64,000 nt of DNA from Candidatus Calescibacterium sp. (GCA_032249135.1 JAVVGL010000006.1:19792-83791); one strand, 5' to 3'. Positions 9,187 through 19,293 are shown, counted from the first letter of the stretch. The notes: generated from the letters alone by a model not told the origin. Numbers and translations: made by a program.

Positions 9187-10638
9187 TTATTCGGTTTTGA
9201 ATTCTGAGTAAGGAATTTTTTTTGCGCCAAAAGGTGTATCTTGTAAATATATTCCTATGTCAAGGAGCTTTTTTCTTATCTCATCAGCTTCTTGAAACTT
9301 TTTTTGTTTTCTCAATTCCTCTCTCTTTTCTACTAATTTGCAAACTTCATCGTAAGAAATACCGTGTTCCTTACATCTTCTTATAACTTCTTCCTCAATA
9401 AAACTTTTTTGAGATATAAGAGGAATTTTTCCGAAAAGTCCCGTTCCCTCATAAACTTTTTTCAGAAAAGCTAAAAACTTTATAAGTTCATCTTTTGAGT
9501 TTGATTTTCGTACATCTTCAAAAGCTGAAAACACAAGAGAAAATGCAGAAGGAGTGTTGAAATCGTCATCCATAAATTTGCAGAAAGAATCTATAAGATT
9601 TTTTACTTTGCTATCATCTTTCATTTTTTCTATTTCATGTTCGCTGATTTTTGCTTTTTCAGTTTCAAATTCTAATGTATAGTAAAAATTGATGAGAGCT
9701 TTTTCGTCTTTTTTTATGTTATCATCCGAAAACTCAACAGGGCTCCTATAGTGGTATTTTGCTATTGAGAACTTTATGACTTCTGGATGGAATTTTTTGA
9801 GGAGCTGGGGAATATCTATAACATTTCCCAAAGACTTTGACATTTTTTCTCCTTTCAGTGTGAGGTGTCCTGTGTGAAGCCAGTATTTTGCAAAACCTTT
9901 ACCTGTTGCAGCGCGGGATTGAGCAATTTCATTTTCGTGATGGGGAAAAATAAGGTCCTGTCCTCCACCGTGAATGTCAAATTCTTCCCCAAGGTATTTC
10001 ATACTCATAGCGGAGCACTCTATATGCCAACCTGGTCTGCCTTCTCCCCAAGGAGAATTCCAAGATGGTTCATCTTGATACTTTTTAGATTTCCACAGAA
10101 CAAAATCAAGAGGATTTTTTTTCTTCTCATCTGGTTCTACTCTTGCACCGGCAAGCATATTTTCAAGAGACATTCCTGAAAGCTTTCCATAATCCTTGAA
10201 AGATAGTACATCAAAATAAACATCTCCATCAACAACATATCCGTAACCATTTTTTATTATTTTCTTTATAAGTTCTATTATATCTGGTATGTGTTCTGTG
10301 ACTCGGGGTTCAAAATCGGGTTTTATTAATTCAAAAGGTTCTATATCTTTTCTGAAAAGGTCTATATATTTTGAGGATACATCATAGGCTGAAATTCCTT
10401 CTTCTCTTGCTCTCTGAATTATTTTATCGTCCACATCTGTAAAGTTTCTGACAAAAATCACTTTAAATCCTTTGAATCTCAAATACCTTACAATGATATC
10501 AAAAGGAATAAAGCTTCTGAGGTGTCCTATATGCATCCTATCATACACTGTAAGTCCACAGACATAAATTCTCACTTCACCCTCATTGAGAGGTATAAAA
10601 TCTTGATAAACTCCACCATAAGTGTTTTTGACCTTCAT
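9187..10638 (-). CDS. cysS: Cysteine--tRNA ligase
   Basis: It has the class I HIGH motif (RMHIGHLRS), the KMSKS motif (KMSKSLGN) and the conserved block WHIECSAM. Confidence 0.95.
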   Translation of the reverse strand: MKVKNTYGGVYQDFIPLNEGEVRIYVCGLTVYDRMHIGHLRSFIPFDIIVRYLRFKGFKVIFVRNFTDVDDKIIQRAREEGISAYDVSSKYIDLFRKDIEPFELIKPDFEPRVTEHIPDIIELIKKIIKNGYGYVVDGDVYFDVLSFKDYGKLSGMSLENMLAGARVEPDEKKKNPLDFVLWKSKKYQDEPSWNSPWGEGRPGWHIECSAMSMKYLGEEFDIHGGGQDLIFPHHENEIAQSRAATGKGFAKYWLHTGHLTLKGEKMSKSLGNVIDIPQLLKKFHPEVIKFSIAKYHYRSPVEFSDDNIKKDEKALINFYYTLEFETEKAKISEHEIEKMKDDSKVKNLIDSFCKFMDDDFNTPSAFSLVFSAFEDVRKSNSKDELIKFLAFLKKVYEGTGLFGKIPLISQKSFIEEEVIRRCKEHGISYDEVCKLVEKREELRKQKKFQEADEIRKKLLDIGIYLQDTPFGAKKIPYSEFKTE

Positions 10639-10706
10639 TTTTTCTTCACATCTTTATCTTTATTTTTCCTTATTTTTCCTTTCCCATTTCATTTTTCTTC
10701 TTTTAT

Positions 10707-11105
10707 TCATTCTTCTTCTTTTATTTTTATTTGTTTTGCATCTATCCAGAGACCTTCTATATCGTAGAATTTTCGCGCCTCATCTTCAAAGATATGCAAT
10801 ACTATATCTCCTGTATCAACTATGTTCCAGGGTGATTGAGGGTTGAAATCAGAGAACAGAATAGAAATTCCGATTTTATCTGCTTTTTCTTCTATCTCAT
10901 CTATTATGGCTTTTCTGTGAGTACTGCTATCTGCTGTGCATATTATAAAAAAATCAGCTATGTGCTCAAAATTTTGCAAATCTATTACTACAACATCTCT
11001 TGCCTTCTTTGATAAAATCAAATCAACTATTCTCCTTACTTTCTCATCAATTACATCACCTGGCAACCTCTCTCTCAATTTGGAAAATTTCTTTTTATCC
11101 ATCAA
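10707..11105 (-). CDS. rsfS: Ribosomal silencing factor RsfS (iojap family)
   Basis: The size is about 130 aa. The blocks KKARDVVVIDL, ADFFIICTADSSTHRKAI and WNIVDTGDIVLHIF match the RsfS/DUF143 pattern. Confidence 0.85.
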   Translation of the reverse strand: MMDKKKFSKLRERLPGDVIDEKVRRIVDLILSKKARDVVVIDLQNFEHIADFFIICTADSSTHRKAIIDEIEEKADKIGISILFSDFNPQSPWNIVDTGDIVLHIFEDEARKFYDIEGLWIDAKQIKIKEEE

Positions 11106-11211
11106 ACAAAAAATCCAGAGCCTACAAAAATATCTTAAAGATAATTTTATAATTTATAATAGGAGAATAATTTTTGTAGCAAAAAAATTCTGAAAACGAA
11201 AGCTAGAAAAA

Positions 11212-13029
11212 ATGAGAACGAATTTTCAGAAACGGCTTTTCTTATTTTTTTTCTCAATAACAATATTTTTTGCGGAGGTGATAACTCCGAACGCTCTCGC
11301 TCAGCAGAGACAACAAGATAGGAAAGAGAGATTAGTGTTAGAACCTCCTAAAATTACAAGTTTCATACCAGAACGCACTGCAAGAGAAAAACTGAAAATA
11401 GAAGGAAAAACATGTCCCAATTGCAATGTGGTAATAGAGATAAATGAAAGCAGGGTAGAGGCATCAGGTGGAGCGGATGGAAAATTTAGAGCCGAGGTAA
11501 AACTTGAGAAAAATAAAAAGAACATATTGAGAATATATTCACTCTCGGGTAAAGCAAGTTCAGATTTTATAGAATACAGTATAATTCATGCGGATCTCCC
11601 TCTCCCTAAAAATTTGAATGAACCCCCGAGTGTGGATAAGGATTCCATACCTCCTTATACTCGTGAGGCTGGTGTGGTGATTTTTGGTAGAGCTGTTCCT
11701 TTGACGAAAGTAGTCGCAAGAGGTGGTTCAAGTCCAGCAAGTAGTATGTCAGACAAAGATGGATACTTTGAACTTCTTGTGTTTCTGAACTTTGATACTT
11801 TGAACGAAATAGAAATATATATGGAAGATGAGAAAGGTTTTCTTTCTCCGAGGGAAAAAATTGAAATATATCAAATATCAAAAGCCCCTCCTGCTCCAAG
11901 ATTATATGATGCCCCTGCGGCTACAAATCTTGAAAAGGTTAGCTTGAGGGGAAAAACGATCCCTACTATGAAGGTACTTGCGGAACTTAAAGCTGGTGGA
12001 AAGTTTGAAACGATAGCCACAAAGAAAGGAGAATTCGTAATAGATGTTCCTCTGGTGCGGAACTCCGAAAATGAGATAAGCTTATTTACTGTTGATCCTG
12101 CGGGAAATATTTCTGCACCGACTAGATTGAAAATAATTCAGGACTCATCTCCCCCTCCGCCACCAATTATAGAAAGCTACCCTTCAAAAGTAGTTGAGAA
12201 TAAGGCAACAATATCGGGCAGGGGTGAGGCGGATGCGAAAATAATAGCGAAAATATCTGATACTGAAAAAGTAGTGGGAACAGTAGGAAAAACTGGGGAT
12301 TTTACGGTAGATGTTGAGGTTTTGAAATATGAAAGACAATTGAGAAGAAATTACATACATATTATCTTGGAAGACGAGGCTGGAAATAGGTCTGAACCAG
12401 CTCTTATTATAATTGATAGACTACCAGATATAAGGAAAGTAGTCGTTGATGCTGGGCTCAGCTTTCATACTTTTCACAACCTTGTAGGAAACGAATACTT
12501 TGAAGGAGGTATCAAAACTTCTCCATATAAATTTTGGGGTTTTGGTCTTGAAGTTGAACCTATATATATCTTTCAACGACGCAGTGGATTGGCATTAGGA
12601 TTAGTAGCAGGTGTATATCCTCAAACATCTCAGAAAATAGAAATGAATATCCCCCCTGATTTGCGAGGAGAGGGAGAACTAGATAAGGTATCTTTTTTCA
12701 AGGGATTTATTGCTATTTCTCCAAAGGTTGTGTTCTTTGCGGAAAACTTTGACTTATTTTTTGGAATAGACATCGGAAATGTTTTTCTGATAAGAGGAGC
12801 AGCGGAATACAATGCAATTGAGGGAAAATATAGGAGAGAAAATAGATTATTTAATGCGCTCATGCTGAGGCTATCGGGGAAAATAAAATATTTTCTGAAC
12901 CCAGCTATTGCTTTATTTTTTAGTCCGTCCGTAGGTTATGCTCCAATAAAGAACGCAAATGAGTTTGGGCATACATTAGATGCAGGTGGAGTAAGTGCAA
13001 CATTTGGGGTAAGTTTTAACTTATTCTGA
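11212..13029 (+). CDS. Exported protein with four Ig-like repeats and a probable C-terminal outer-membrane beta-barrel
   Basis: It has a signal peptide (FFAEVITPNALAQQ). Four modules of about 85-95 aa are separated by P-rich linkers (SKAPPAP, SSPPPPP), each ending in a D..GN.S.P-type motif. The C-terminal ~200 aa shows alternating hydrophobic/aromatic residues and ends ...GVSFNLF (terminal Phe). Confidence 0.6.
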   Translation: MRTNFQKRLFLFFFSITIFFAEVITPNALAQQRQQDRKERLVLEPPKITSFIPERTAREKLKIEGKTCPNCNVVIEINESRVEASGGADGKFRAEVKLEKNKKNILRIYSLSGKASSDFIEYSIIHADLPLPKNLNEPPSVDKDSIPPYTREAGVVIFGRAVPLTKVVARGGSSPASSMSDKDGYFELLVFLNFDTLNEIEIYMEDEKGFLSPREKIEIYQISKAPPAPRLYDAPAATNLEKVSLRGKTIPTMKVLAELKAGGKFETIATKKGEFVIDVPLVRNSENEISLFTVDPAGNISAPTRLKIIQDSSPPPPPIIESYPSKVVENKATISGRGEADAKIIAKISDTEKVVGTVGKTGDFTVDVEVLKYERQLRRNYIHIILEDEAGNRSEPALIIIDRLPDIRKVVVDAGLSFHTFHNLVGNEYFEGGIKTSPYKFWGFGLEVEPIYIFQRRSGLALGLVAGVYPQTSQKIEMNIPPDLRGEGELDKVSFFKGFIAISPKVVFFAENFDLFFGIDIGNVFLIRGAAEYNAIEGKYRRENRLFNALMLRLSGKIKYFLNPAIALFFSPSVGYAPIKNANEFGHTLDAGGVSATFGVSFNLF

Positions 13030-13070
13030 TTATATTCTGATTAATTATTTTTTTGTTTTCGATTATATTT

Positions 13071-13523
13071 TTATTGCTGAGTTTCTGCTTTTCTTTTAAG
13101 TTCTATCCAAGGATTTCTTCCAACAATTGCGGTTTTATATTGGAGCTTATCTGCTGCAAGCTTTAAAGCTCTGAAAGCATCCTCTTGTGAGACTCCATCT
13201 AATTCAAATAAAACTGTTCCTGCTTTTACCCTTGCCTCATATCCCACGACATCTCCTTTTCCTCCTCCCATTCTTGTTTCGGCAGGTTTTTTAGTCACAG
13301 GTCTCCACGGGAAAATTCTTATCCAAAGTTTTGCACTTGAAGGTAAAGATCTCAAAATTGTAAGCCTGCAAGCTTCTATTTGCCTTGCAGATATTCTTGC
13401 CGGTTCAAGGACTTTCAGACCCCATTTTCCAAAGACAACAGTGTATCCTTGTGAAGCTTTTCCCCGTGTTCTTCCCTTTCTCCATTTTCTGTATTTTAAT
13501 TTTTTTGGTTGGAGTAATGACAT
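13071..13523 (-). CDS. rplP: 50S ribosomal protein L16
   Basis: MSLLQPKKLKYRKWRKGRTRG...ISARQIEACR...KLWIRIFPWRPVTKKPAETRMGGGKG aligns along its length with bacterial L16. It is not flanked by other ribosomal protein genes. Confidence 0.93.
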   Translation of the reverse strand: MSLLQPKKLKYRKWRKGRTRGKASQGYTVVFGKWGLKVLEPARISARQIEACRLTILRSLPSSAKLWIRIFPWRPVTKKPAETRMGGGKGDVVGYEARVKAGTVLFELDGVSQEDAFRALKLAADKLQYKTAIVGRNPWIELKRKAETQQ

Positions 13524-13570
13524 ATTTTATCTCCTCCTTTATCTTTTTTTTATCTCATATATCTTTTTTT

Positions 13571-15739
13571 TTATCTCATAAGCGTAAGTCCAACGCTATC
13601 AGATGTTAATTTTGATATTTTTGTTATAAGTTTTGGATTTAGGTTTTTTCCAAAAAGTTCGGTGTATCTTACCTCTTTTTGCAAAATTGAACCTTTTTCT
13701 TTTCCATAGAGGAAATCCATATAGAATATAACGGCTACAAATTTTTTGTATGGGTCAAGCTTTTCAAAGACATCGCGGCTTATGTTCAGAGTCTCTCTTA
13801 TTTGTTCGGAAACATCATAAGGTAAAGAAGAGAAAACAGAGTAAATCAATTCAAGGTCCTGAGGGGTAAGTCCCAATTTTCTGAGTAGTTGTGGATTTAC
13901 CTTATACAGAAGCAAAGAAACCTCATTATATTTTTGTTTGAGAACTTTATCATCTTTTTTTTCTGTTGATTGAAAATAGTTTTCAATAGTTTTCTTTGCG
14001 ACATCATACTTTCCTCTCTTTATAAGGAAATCAACATATTCAACAAGATAATCTGGGTTATTTTGGGAAAGTTCAAATGCTCTTTTGTAATTAGTTTCAG
14101 CTAAGTCTTGATAACCTGGGTTTTTTGAGTAAAGTCTTGCGAGCTTTATATAAGCTTCTTGATTAGTTTTATCGTATTTTAATACATTTTCCAAAGCAAA
14201 AATCAAATCTTGTTCCTCAACTCCGATTTTTTCTAAAAGAAGGACATAATCATATCTTATTTTTCCATCTTTTGCGAAACGGGAGTCAAGTGAAAAAAGT
14301 TTATCATAAAAGCTCTTGGCTTCTTTGAGTTTTGATTTATCATCGGATTCAGAAAAGACTCTTGCAAGATACAAGAGTGCACTATCGGAAAAAGGATTTA
14401 TCTCTAAAGCTTCTTTTAGTTCTCTTATTGCTTCTTCTTTTCTTTGAGTTTCAGCATATGTTCTTCCAAGCAAAATTTTGTATTCTGCGAGAGTTTTTCT
14501 TAATTCGGTATCATATTTTATTTCCGGTTTTTGTGATATAAGTTCAATAGCTTTTCTTGCGGGTTCTGATGCTTCGTCGTATCTTTGTAGTTCAAAAAGA
14601 GCTAACGCTCTTTTGTAATATAGATCGTGTCCGCCTTTTTCGCCTAAAATATCTATTGCTTTTCTCAAAGTTATTTCAGCATCCTGAAATTTCATCATAG
14701 CCATATATGTATCTGCAAGCTTGATATATGGTGTGGCATCAGATGGTGAAAAATCTATTGCTCTCTTATACATATGAACCGCGTCCTCATATCTTTTTTC
14801 TTGTCTATATATATCTCCCATGGCGATATATGGGTCAGGGAAATTTTCTTTTATTTTAACGGCAGACCTGAATTTATCAAGGGCTTGGGTATTGTTTCCT
14901 TTCTTCATAAGTGCTAATCCTTCCTCGTAAAGTGAAAGAGCCGTGCAGAAATTATCAAATTCTTGAACTTTTGCAAGAAGTCTTTCTGGGAGGCAGAAGT
15001 ATTTTTTCAAATCTTCTAATCGCTTTTTTGGAGAACAATCTCTTGCTGAAACTTTTACTGATATAGAGTCTACTTCTGTCCATATTTTATCAACAAAAGA
15101 TTGGTATATATCTTTTACATCTTGAAGAGCTAATTCTCTTATATCTTCGCTGAGTGCATTTAGCTCTGATTGAGCTGATACATACGCATTACAGAAATCT
15201 TGCTCTTTTGCGTTAGATAAACCTTCCCTTATTCTGATATATCTCATTACAACATCAGATATTGATGGCTTTACTGAAACTTCTAATTTGCACATAAGGT
15301 CATAGCCGTCTTTATCTTTGTCGCCTTCTTTACAATAAGGTTCTTTTTTGAGCTCCTCAAACCTCTTCATTAGAGCTTGTTTTGAAAAGACAAGAAATTT
15401 TAAAGATTCCACATTTATTGTTACTAGATAAGATTCGTCTTCAATATCAAAGTCAAACCTTGAAGAAGTTCTGAGATCAGATGATAGATTTGTTGTTTTT
15501 TGTTTTTGCATAATTAATCCCTTTTTTTTATCAATGACTTTTGCGGATGAGGTAATTCCTACCTTTGTGATAACCGGCATTAGCCTTTCAAAGTTTTCTT
15601 GCGATATATTTTCCGGTCTTTCTATTTTTGTTTGAACATCAAAAACATACTTTTTTGGTCCACCGCACGATATAATAAAGAAGGAGAGAAAATAAAAACC
15701 TGTAAGGAACAAAAGAAAGCAATAATTATGATTTCTCAT
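13571..15739 (-). CDS. TPR-repeat lipoprotein
   Basis: The signal peptide ends in the lipobox IISCG. The C-terminal two-thirds contains repeated 34-aa TPR-like units (A..Y...G..Y......A...Y..A...P). Confidence 0.75.
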   Translation of the reverse strand: MRNHNYCFLLFLTGFYFLSFFIISCGGPKKYVFDVQTKIERPENISQENFERLMPVITKVGITSSAKVIDKKKGLIMQKQKTTNLSSDLRTSSRFDFDIEDESYLVTINVESLKFLVFSKQALMKRFEELKKEPYCKEGDKDKDGYDLMCKLEVSVKPSISDVVMRYIRIREGLSNAKEQDFCNAYVSAQSELNALSEDIRELALQDVKDIYQSFVDKIWTEVDSISVKVSARDCSPKKRLEDLKKYFCLPERLLAKVQEFDNFCTALSLYEEGLALMKKGNNTQALDKFRSAVKIKENFPDPYIAMGDIYRQEKRYEDAVHMYKRAIDFSPSDATPYIKLADTYMAMMKFQDAEITLRKAIDILGEKGGHDLYYKRALALFELQRYDEASEPARKAIELISQKPEIKYDTELRKTLAEYKILLGRTYAETQRKEEAIRELKEALEINPFSDSALLYLARVFSESDDKSKLKEAKSFYDKLFSLDSRFAKDGKIRYDYVLLLEKIGVEEQDLIFALENVLKYDKTNQEAYIKLARLYSKNPGYQDLAETNYKRAFELSQNNPDYLVEYVDFLIKRGKYDVAKKTIENYFQSTEKKDDKVLKQKYNEVSLLLYKVNPQLLRKLGLTPQDLELIYSVFSSLPYDVSEQIRETLNISRDVFEKLDPYKKFVAVIFYMDFLYGKEKGSILQKEVRYTELFGKNLNPKLITKISKLTSDSVGLTLMR

Positions 15740-15846
15740 CTCTTTTCACCTCACTTTACAAATAATTAATAATTTAAAAACAGTTTATTGTTTAAAAATA
15801 ATTTATGCTGAAAATTACCGAAGGTATTTTTATAGTCTAAGATTTC

Positions 15847-16524
15847 TCACTTTTTTATTACTCCTGCATTTTTTAGTTTTTCTATGACATCGTAGGGGGT
15901 TTTTGTTCTGATTATTTTTTTGTCAATCAGAGACTTTATTTCTTTTTCCGAGCTTTCTGTCAAGAATCCCCATTCTGCGAGTATAAAATTTGCTCCGATA
16001 TTTGATGCAAATATGAGGTCATTTATACCGTCTCCCAAAACGAATAAAGGTTCTTTTATGGGAAATATATTTTTTATTATTTCAAAGAGCTTTGGATTTG
16101 GTTTTTTTGCGTCAAATGTATCTCCACAAACTATGAGGTCAAAAATTTGTGTTATTCCGAGCTGTGAGAGTAAAATTGATGTAAGATGCTGACTTTTGTT
16201 TGTCAGAAGTATTATGTCCCACTTTGATTTTTTCAGAGTGAAAATCAGCTCAATATTTCCCTGATAAATGTAAGTTTTTTTTGCTATGTTTTTTCTGTAA
16301 TTTGAAAGAAAATCTTTTAGAACTTTTTCTAATTCTTCAGTTCTTCCCAATTGATTTAGTGTTTTTTCTATAAGAGGCTTTACACCATTTCCTATATATG
16401 AAAGAGTTGTTTGAAAATCTATCTCTCCTATTTTGAACTTTTTTAAAGTTGAGTTCAGAGAGAAAAATATGTCTTCCGATGTATCAAGTAAAGTTCCATC
16501 AAGGTCAAAAAATAAAGTTGGCAT
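15847..16524 (-). CDS. HAD-superfamily phosphatase (phosphoglycolate phosphatase-like)
   Basis: HAD motif I is FFDLDGTLLDT, motif II is LLTNKS and motif III/IV is K...GDGINDLIFA. I prefer the start at Met-9 (16524), which has AGGAG/AAGGAA upstream and avoids overlap with the upstream gene. The ORF-track start is 16548. Confidence 0.8.
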   Translation of the reverse strand: MPTLFFDLDGTLLDTSEDIFFSLNSTLKKFKIGEIDFQTTLSYIGNGVKPLIEKTLNQLGRTEELEKVLKDFLSNYRKNIAKKTYIYQGNIELIFTLKKSKWDIILLTNKSQHLTSILLSQLGITQIFDLIVCGDTFDAKKPNPKLFEIIKNIFPIKEPLFVLGDGINDLIFASNIGANFILAEWGFLTESSEKEIKSLIDKKIIRTKTPYDVIEKLKNAGVIKK

Positions 16525-16534
16525 TTTTAATTCC

Positions 16535-17653
16535 TTATTCTCCTGCAATTACCCAAACTACATTATATTGATGAAAAGGTGTCCACGCGTTAGCAACCCC
16601 TCTTCTTAAAGATTTTCTTATATCCATTTTATCTCCGACAAGTCTTTTTACTAGTTCTATCATTCTTATAAGTCCGGTCGCTCCCGGAGGATTTCCGCAG
16701 AGGGCACCACCGGATGCATTTACGGGTAATTTGCCTTCTTTCAGAAGGGACCCATCGTGTATGGGTTTTACAAGTCTTTTTTCTGCAATAAGTTCAAGTG
16801 CTTCAATTGACATAAGTTCTATATGAGGGAAGCATTCCATTATTTCTGCAAAATCAACCTCTCTTTTTGGATTCTTTATTCCGGAGTTTTTATATGCTTT
16901 CCTTGCTGCATATCTTAGTGAGTTAATATGAGCTATATCCTCATAACCTGGGTAATATGGACCTATATTTGTTCCGAAACCGTCTACCCACGCTCTTCTT
17001 TGCTTTGTTTTAGCTATATCTCCTCTTGCGAAAATTATAGCAGCTGCTCCGTCTGTTCTTGGTGGCATCATAAGTTTTCTTATGGGTTCAGCTACATACT
17101 GAGAAGATAAGATTTCATCTAAAATAACTTTTTCTCTTATGTGAGCATCTTCATTATCAAATCCATTTCTTCTATTTTTTATAACTATTATTCCGAGTTC
17201 TTCTTCACCTATTCCGAGTCTATCCATAAAAGCTTTTGCCTGTAAAGCTGTGAAGTTTATCCAGTCTAATCCTGTTTTTTCAAGGTAATTCGCTTTTGTG
17301 TATAAATTTGAGAAAGTTCTCATGTTTATTTCAGAAGATTTTCCATATCCGACTACAAGAGCTATTTTACTTTCACCGGTCATTATTTTTGTTACTGCGT
17401 ATACTGCTCCAAAAGCACCATCTATATTCCTCAGAAAAGTGTGGCTTTGAGGTTTCAAACCGGATTTTTCTAAAAAACTTGAAATTTTCGTGTATGAGAA
17501 CGCGCACTCAACTACATAATCTATATCTTTTGGATCTATTTCAGCATACTTTATTGCCTTTTGAGCAGCTTCAACCGCAAGCTCTACATCAGAAAGCGGA
17601 GACATCTCCTCCTGTCTTGATATACCTATCCCTATTATCCCTACCCTCAACAT
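16535..17653 (-). CDS. Thiolase-fold (SCP-x / archaeal-type thiolase-like) protein, apparently lacking catalytic Cys/His
   Basis: Its length and blocks (GIIGIG, KIALVVGYGKSS, DGAAAIIF, VNASGGALCGNPPGATG) follow the thiolase fold. The expected nucleophile segment (E-A-A-C-A-S-G in typical members) reads NIDGAFGAV, and the G-H-P motif reads G-N-P. Confidence 0.65.
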   Translation of the reverse strand: MLRVGIIGIGISRQEEMSPLSDVELAVEAAQKAIKYAEIDPKDIDYVVECAFSYTKISSFLEKSGLKPQSHTFLRNIDGAFGAVYAVTKIMTGESKIALVVGYGKSSEINMRTFSNLYTKANYLEKTGLDWINFTALQAKAFMDRLGIGEEELGIIVIKNRRNGFDNEDAHIREKVILDEILSSQYVAEPIRKLMMPPRTDGAAAIIFARGDIAKTKQRRAWVDGFGTNIGPYYPGYEDIAHINSLRYAARKAYKNSGIKNPKREVDFAEIMECFPHIELMSIEALELIAEKRLVKPIHDGSLLKEGKLPVNASGGALCGNPPGATGLIRMIELVKRLVGDKMDIRKSLRRGVANAWTPFHQYNVVWVIAGE

Positions 17654-17763
17654 AAAGTTTTTATGTTAATCTTGTGTGATAAAATTTTAGATTTTACATC
17701 ACATTTTACCTTTTAATTTTTTTTCACCTTATTACTTTTTTTACACCTTTACTTTTTTGTCTT

Positions 17764-19293
17764 TTACCTTACTATCTTGAACTCTATTTTCTGTGATTTT
17801 TTTACCTTTGCTTCCGTCGTTATTTTCCCATCACTTTTATCACATTCAGCCGTGCTGCCAAAGTATGCATTAGATGGAACTTTCTTATATACGCTTTCAT
17901 TAAGTGGTTCTAAATTCCCTGAACAGTATATATCTACAACATCTAATATGTCTGCGACAGCAAATATTTCTATGCCGTAGTTTCCCGGAAATGTCAAGGA
18001 TACTTGAAAATCATTTACTACCAGCCCATAGGCTCTTCCTTCTTTATTCATTTTATACACAAGTTTTTCTTTTTGCCCGTCCAAACTTGTGAATCTCAAA
18101 ACAAAATAAATATCATAAGGTGCATCATCAAAGGTTAAAATATGAAAACTTATAGCAACTCCACCTTCAAATGATGCCCCTTGAGGATTTTTTCCTAAAT
18201 TATCTTTCGCTTCTACATAGATTGAAGGAGAAGATTTGAATGAGTGCACATCGGCTATTTTTTGTATACTTATTTTTCCTGCACTATCTTTTACTATAAC
18301 AGAGATTGAGAAACTTCCTTCCTTTGTATAAGTATATGATGTTCTGAATATATATTTTGAACCAGAGGCTATTATATATTTGTTAGGGTCAAGTTTTTGA
18401 GCAGTGCCATCGCCCCACTCAACTATAATATAGTCTATTTTATCTCCGTCTCTGTCGCTTACACCTATGAGTATCTGAACAGTAAATGGAGGAATTCCGA
18501 TAGCCATATTTTCATTTCTATAAATTTCCTTTTCTGGTTCCAATATTTTCTCTACTTGTCCAAATATTGCGGGCGGAGAATTCTCGGGAGATGCTGCACC
18601 GGAGAAAACAGAAATCATAATCTCTACAGAAGCTGAAAGTGGATATGGAGCGAATTTATTATCATCAAAAACCAAAACCTTTAATATGTAATCACCTTCA
18701 TTTATATATCTATGTTTCCCATAGCATGAGTTTGTTTCCTCATAACTTCCGTCTCCCCAGTCTATTATGACTTTACTTATTCCGTTTGTGTCTTTGCATA
18801 TCGCTTTGAAATAAACGATGCTTCCCGGAGAGAATTCTGAAGTTATTTCTGCAAAATCTTCATCTCTTGCTGTTGTGGGATTTAATATTGTAGGTCTGTC
18901 ATTTGTAATTATTGTTGTTTTTGCTTGGGAGACTCCCGAGTCATCCATGCCTATAAGTTGCACTTCAAAGACTCCTAAACCCTCATATGTTTTAGTTACT
19001 GCGACTTTATCACCTTTTATGCTGTTTGTAATATCTTCCTGGGTTCCGTTTCCGTAATCTATAATGAGTTTCTTTATTTTGCCACGGGATGGAATAACCG
19101 TAATATTGAATGAAACTGTGAGAGGTATTTCTCCATAAGTTTGAGAAGGTGAAAGTAAAATAAACGGTCCTCCTGCTGGTGTTGGTTTCTCATTTGAGCA
19201 ACGAATAAAGTATAACAACAATAACAAATTGAATAAGGGAAAAATGATACGGAATCTCCTCGCCACAAAATTAAATTTAGTCCTCATTTGCAT
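17764..19293 (-). CDS. PKD-domain repeat exported protein (possible lipoprotein)
   Basis: It has N-terminal hydrophobic signal ending ...LYFIRCS. Three PKD-type signatures are present (IDYGNGTQ, IDWGDGSYE, VEWGDGTAQ). I prefer the start at ATG 19293, which has GAGGA 5 nt upstream. The ORF-track start is 19305, and either start overlaps the ribH 3' end. Confidence 0.75.
   Translation of the reverse strand: MQMRTKFNFVARRFRIIFPLFNLLLLLYFIRCSNEKPTPAGGPFILLSPSQTYGEIPLTVSFNITVIPSRGKIKKLIIDYGNGTQEDITNSIKGDKVAVTKTYEGLGVFEVQLIGMDDSGVSQAKTTIITNDRPTILNPTTARDEDFAEITSEFSPGSIVYFKAICKDTNGISKVIIDWGDGSYEETNSCYGKHRYINEGDYILKVLVFDDNKFAPYPLSASVEIMISVFSGAASPENSPPAIFGQVEKILEPEKEIYRNENMAIGIPPFTVQILIGVSDRDGDKIDYIIVEWGDGTAQKLDPNKYIIASGSKYIFRTSYTYTKEGSFSISVIVKDSAGKISIQKIADVHSFKSSPSIYVEAKDNLGKNPQGASFEGGVAISFHILTFDDAPYDIYFVLRFTSLDGQKEKLVYKMNKEGRAYGLVVNDFQVSLTFPGNYGIEIFAVADILDVVDIYCSGNLEPLNESVYKKVPSNAYFGSTAECDKSDGKITTEAKVKKSQKIEFKIVR

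Noticed and set aside
10639-10706. A T-box or other leader upstream of cysS in the purine-rich spacer (on the minus strand: ...GGGAAAGGAAAAATAAGGAAAAATAAAG...).
   Set aside because: At 68 nt it is far too short for a T-box and has no specifier or terminator helices. It is most likely just an SD-rich spacer between rsfS and cysS in one transcript.
17675-17703. A CRP/FNR-type operator (TGTGA...TCACA).
   Set aside because: The half-sites are separated by 19 nt rather than the canonical 6 nt, so it does not fit the CRP/FNR site geometry.
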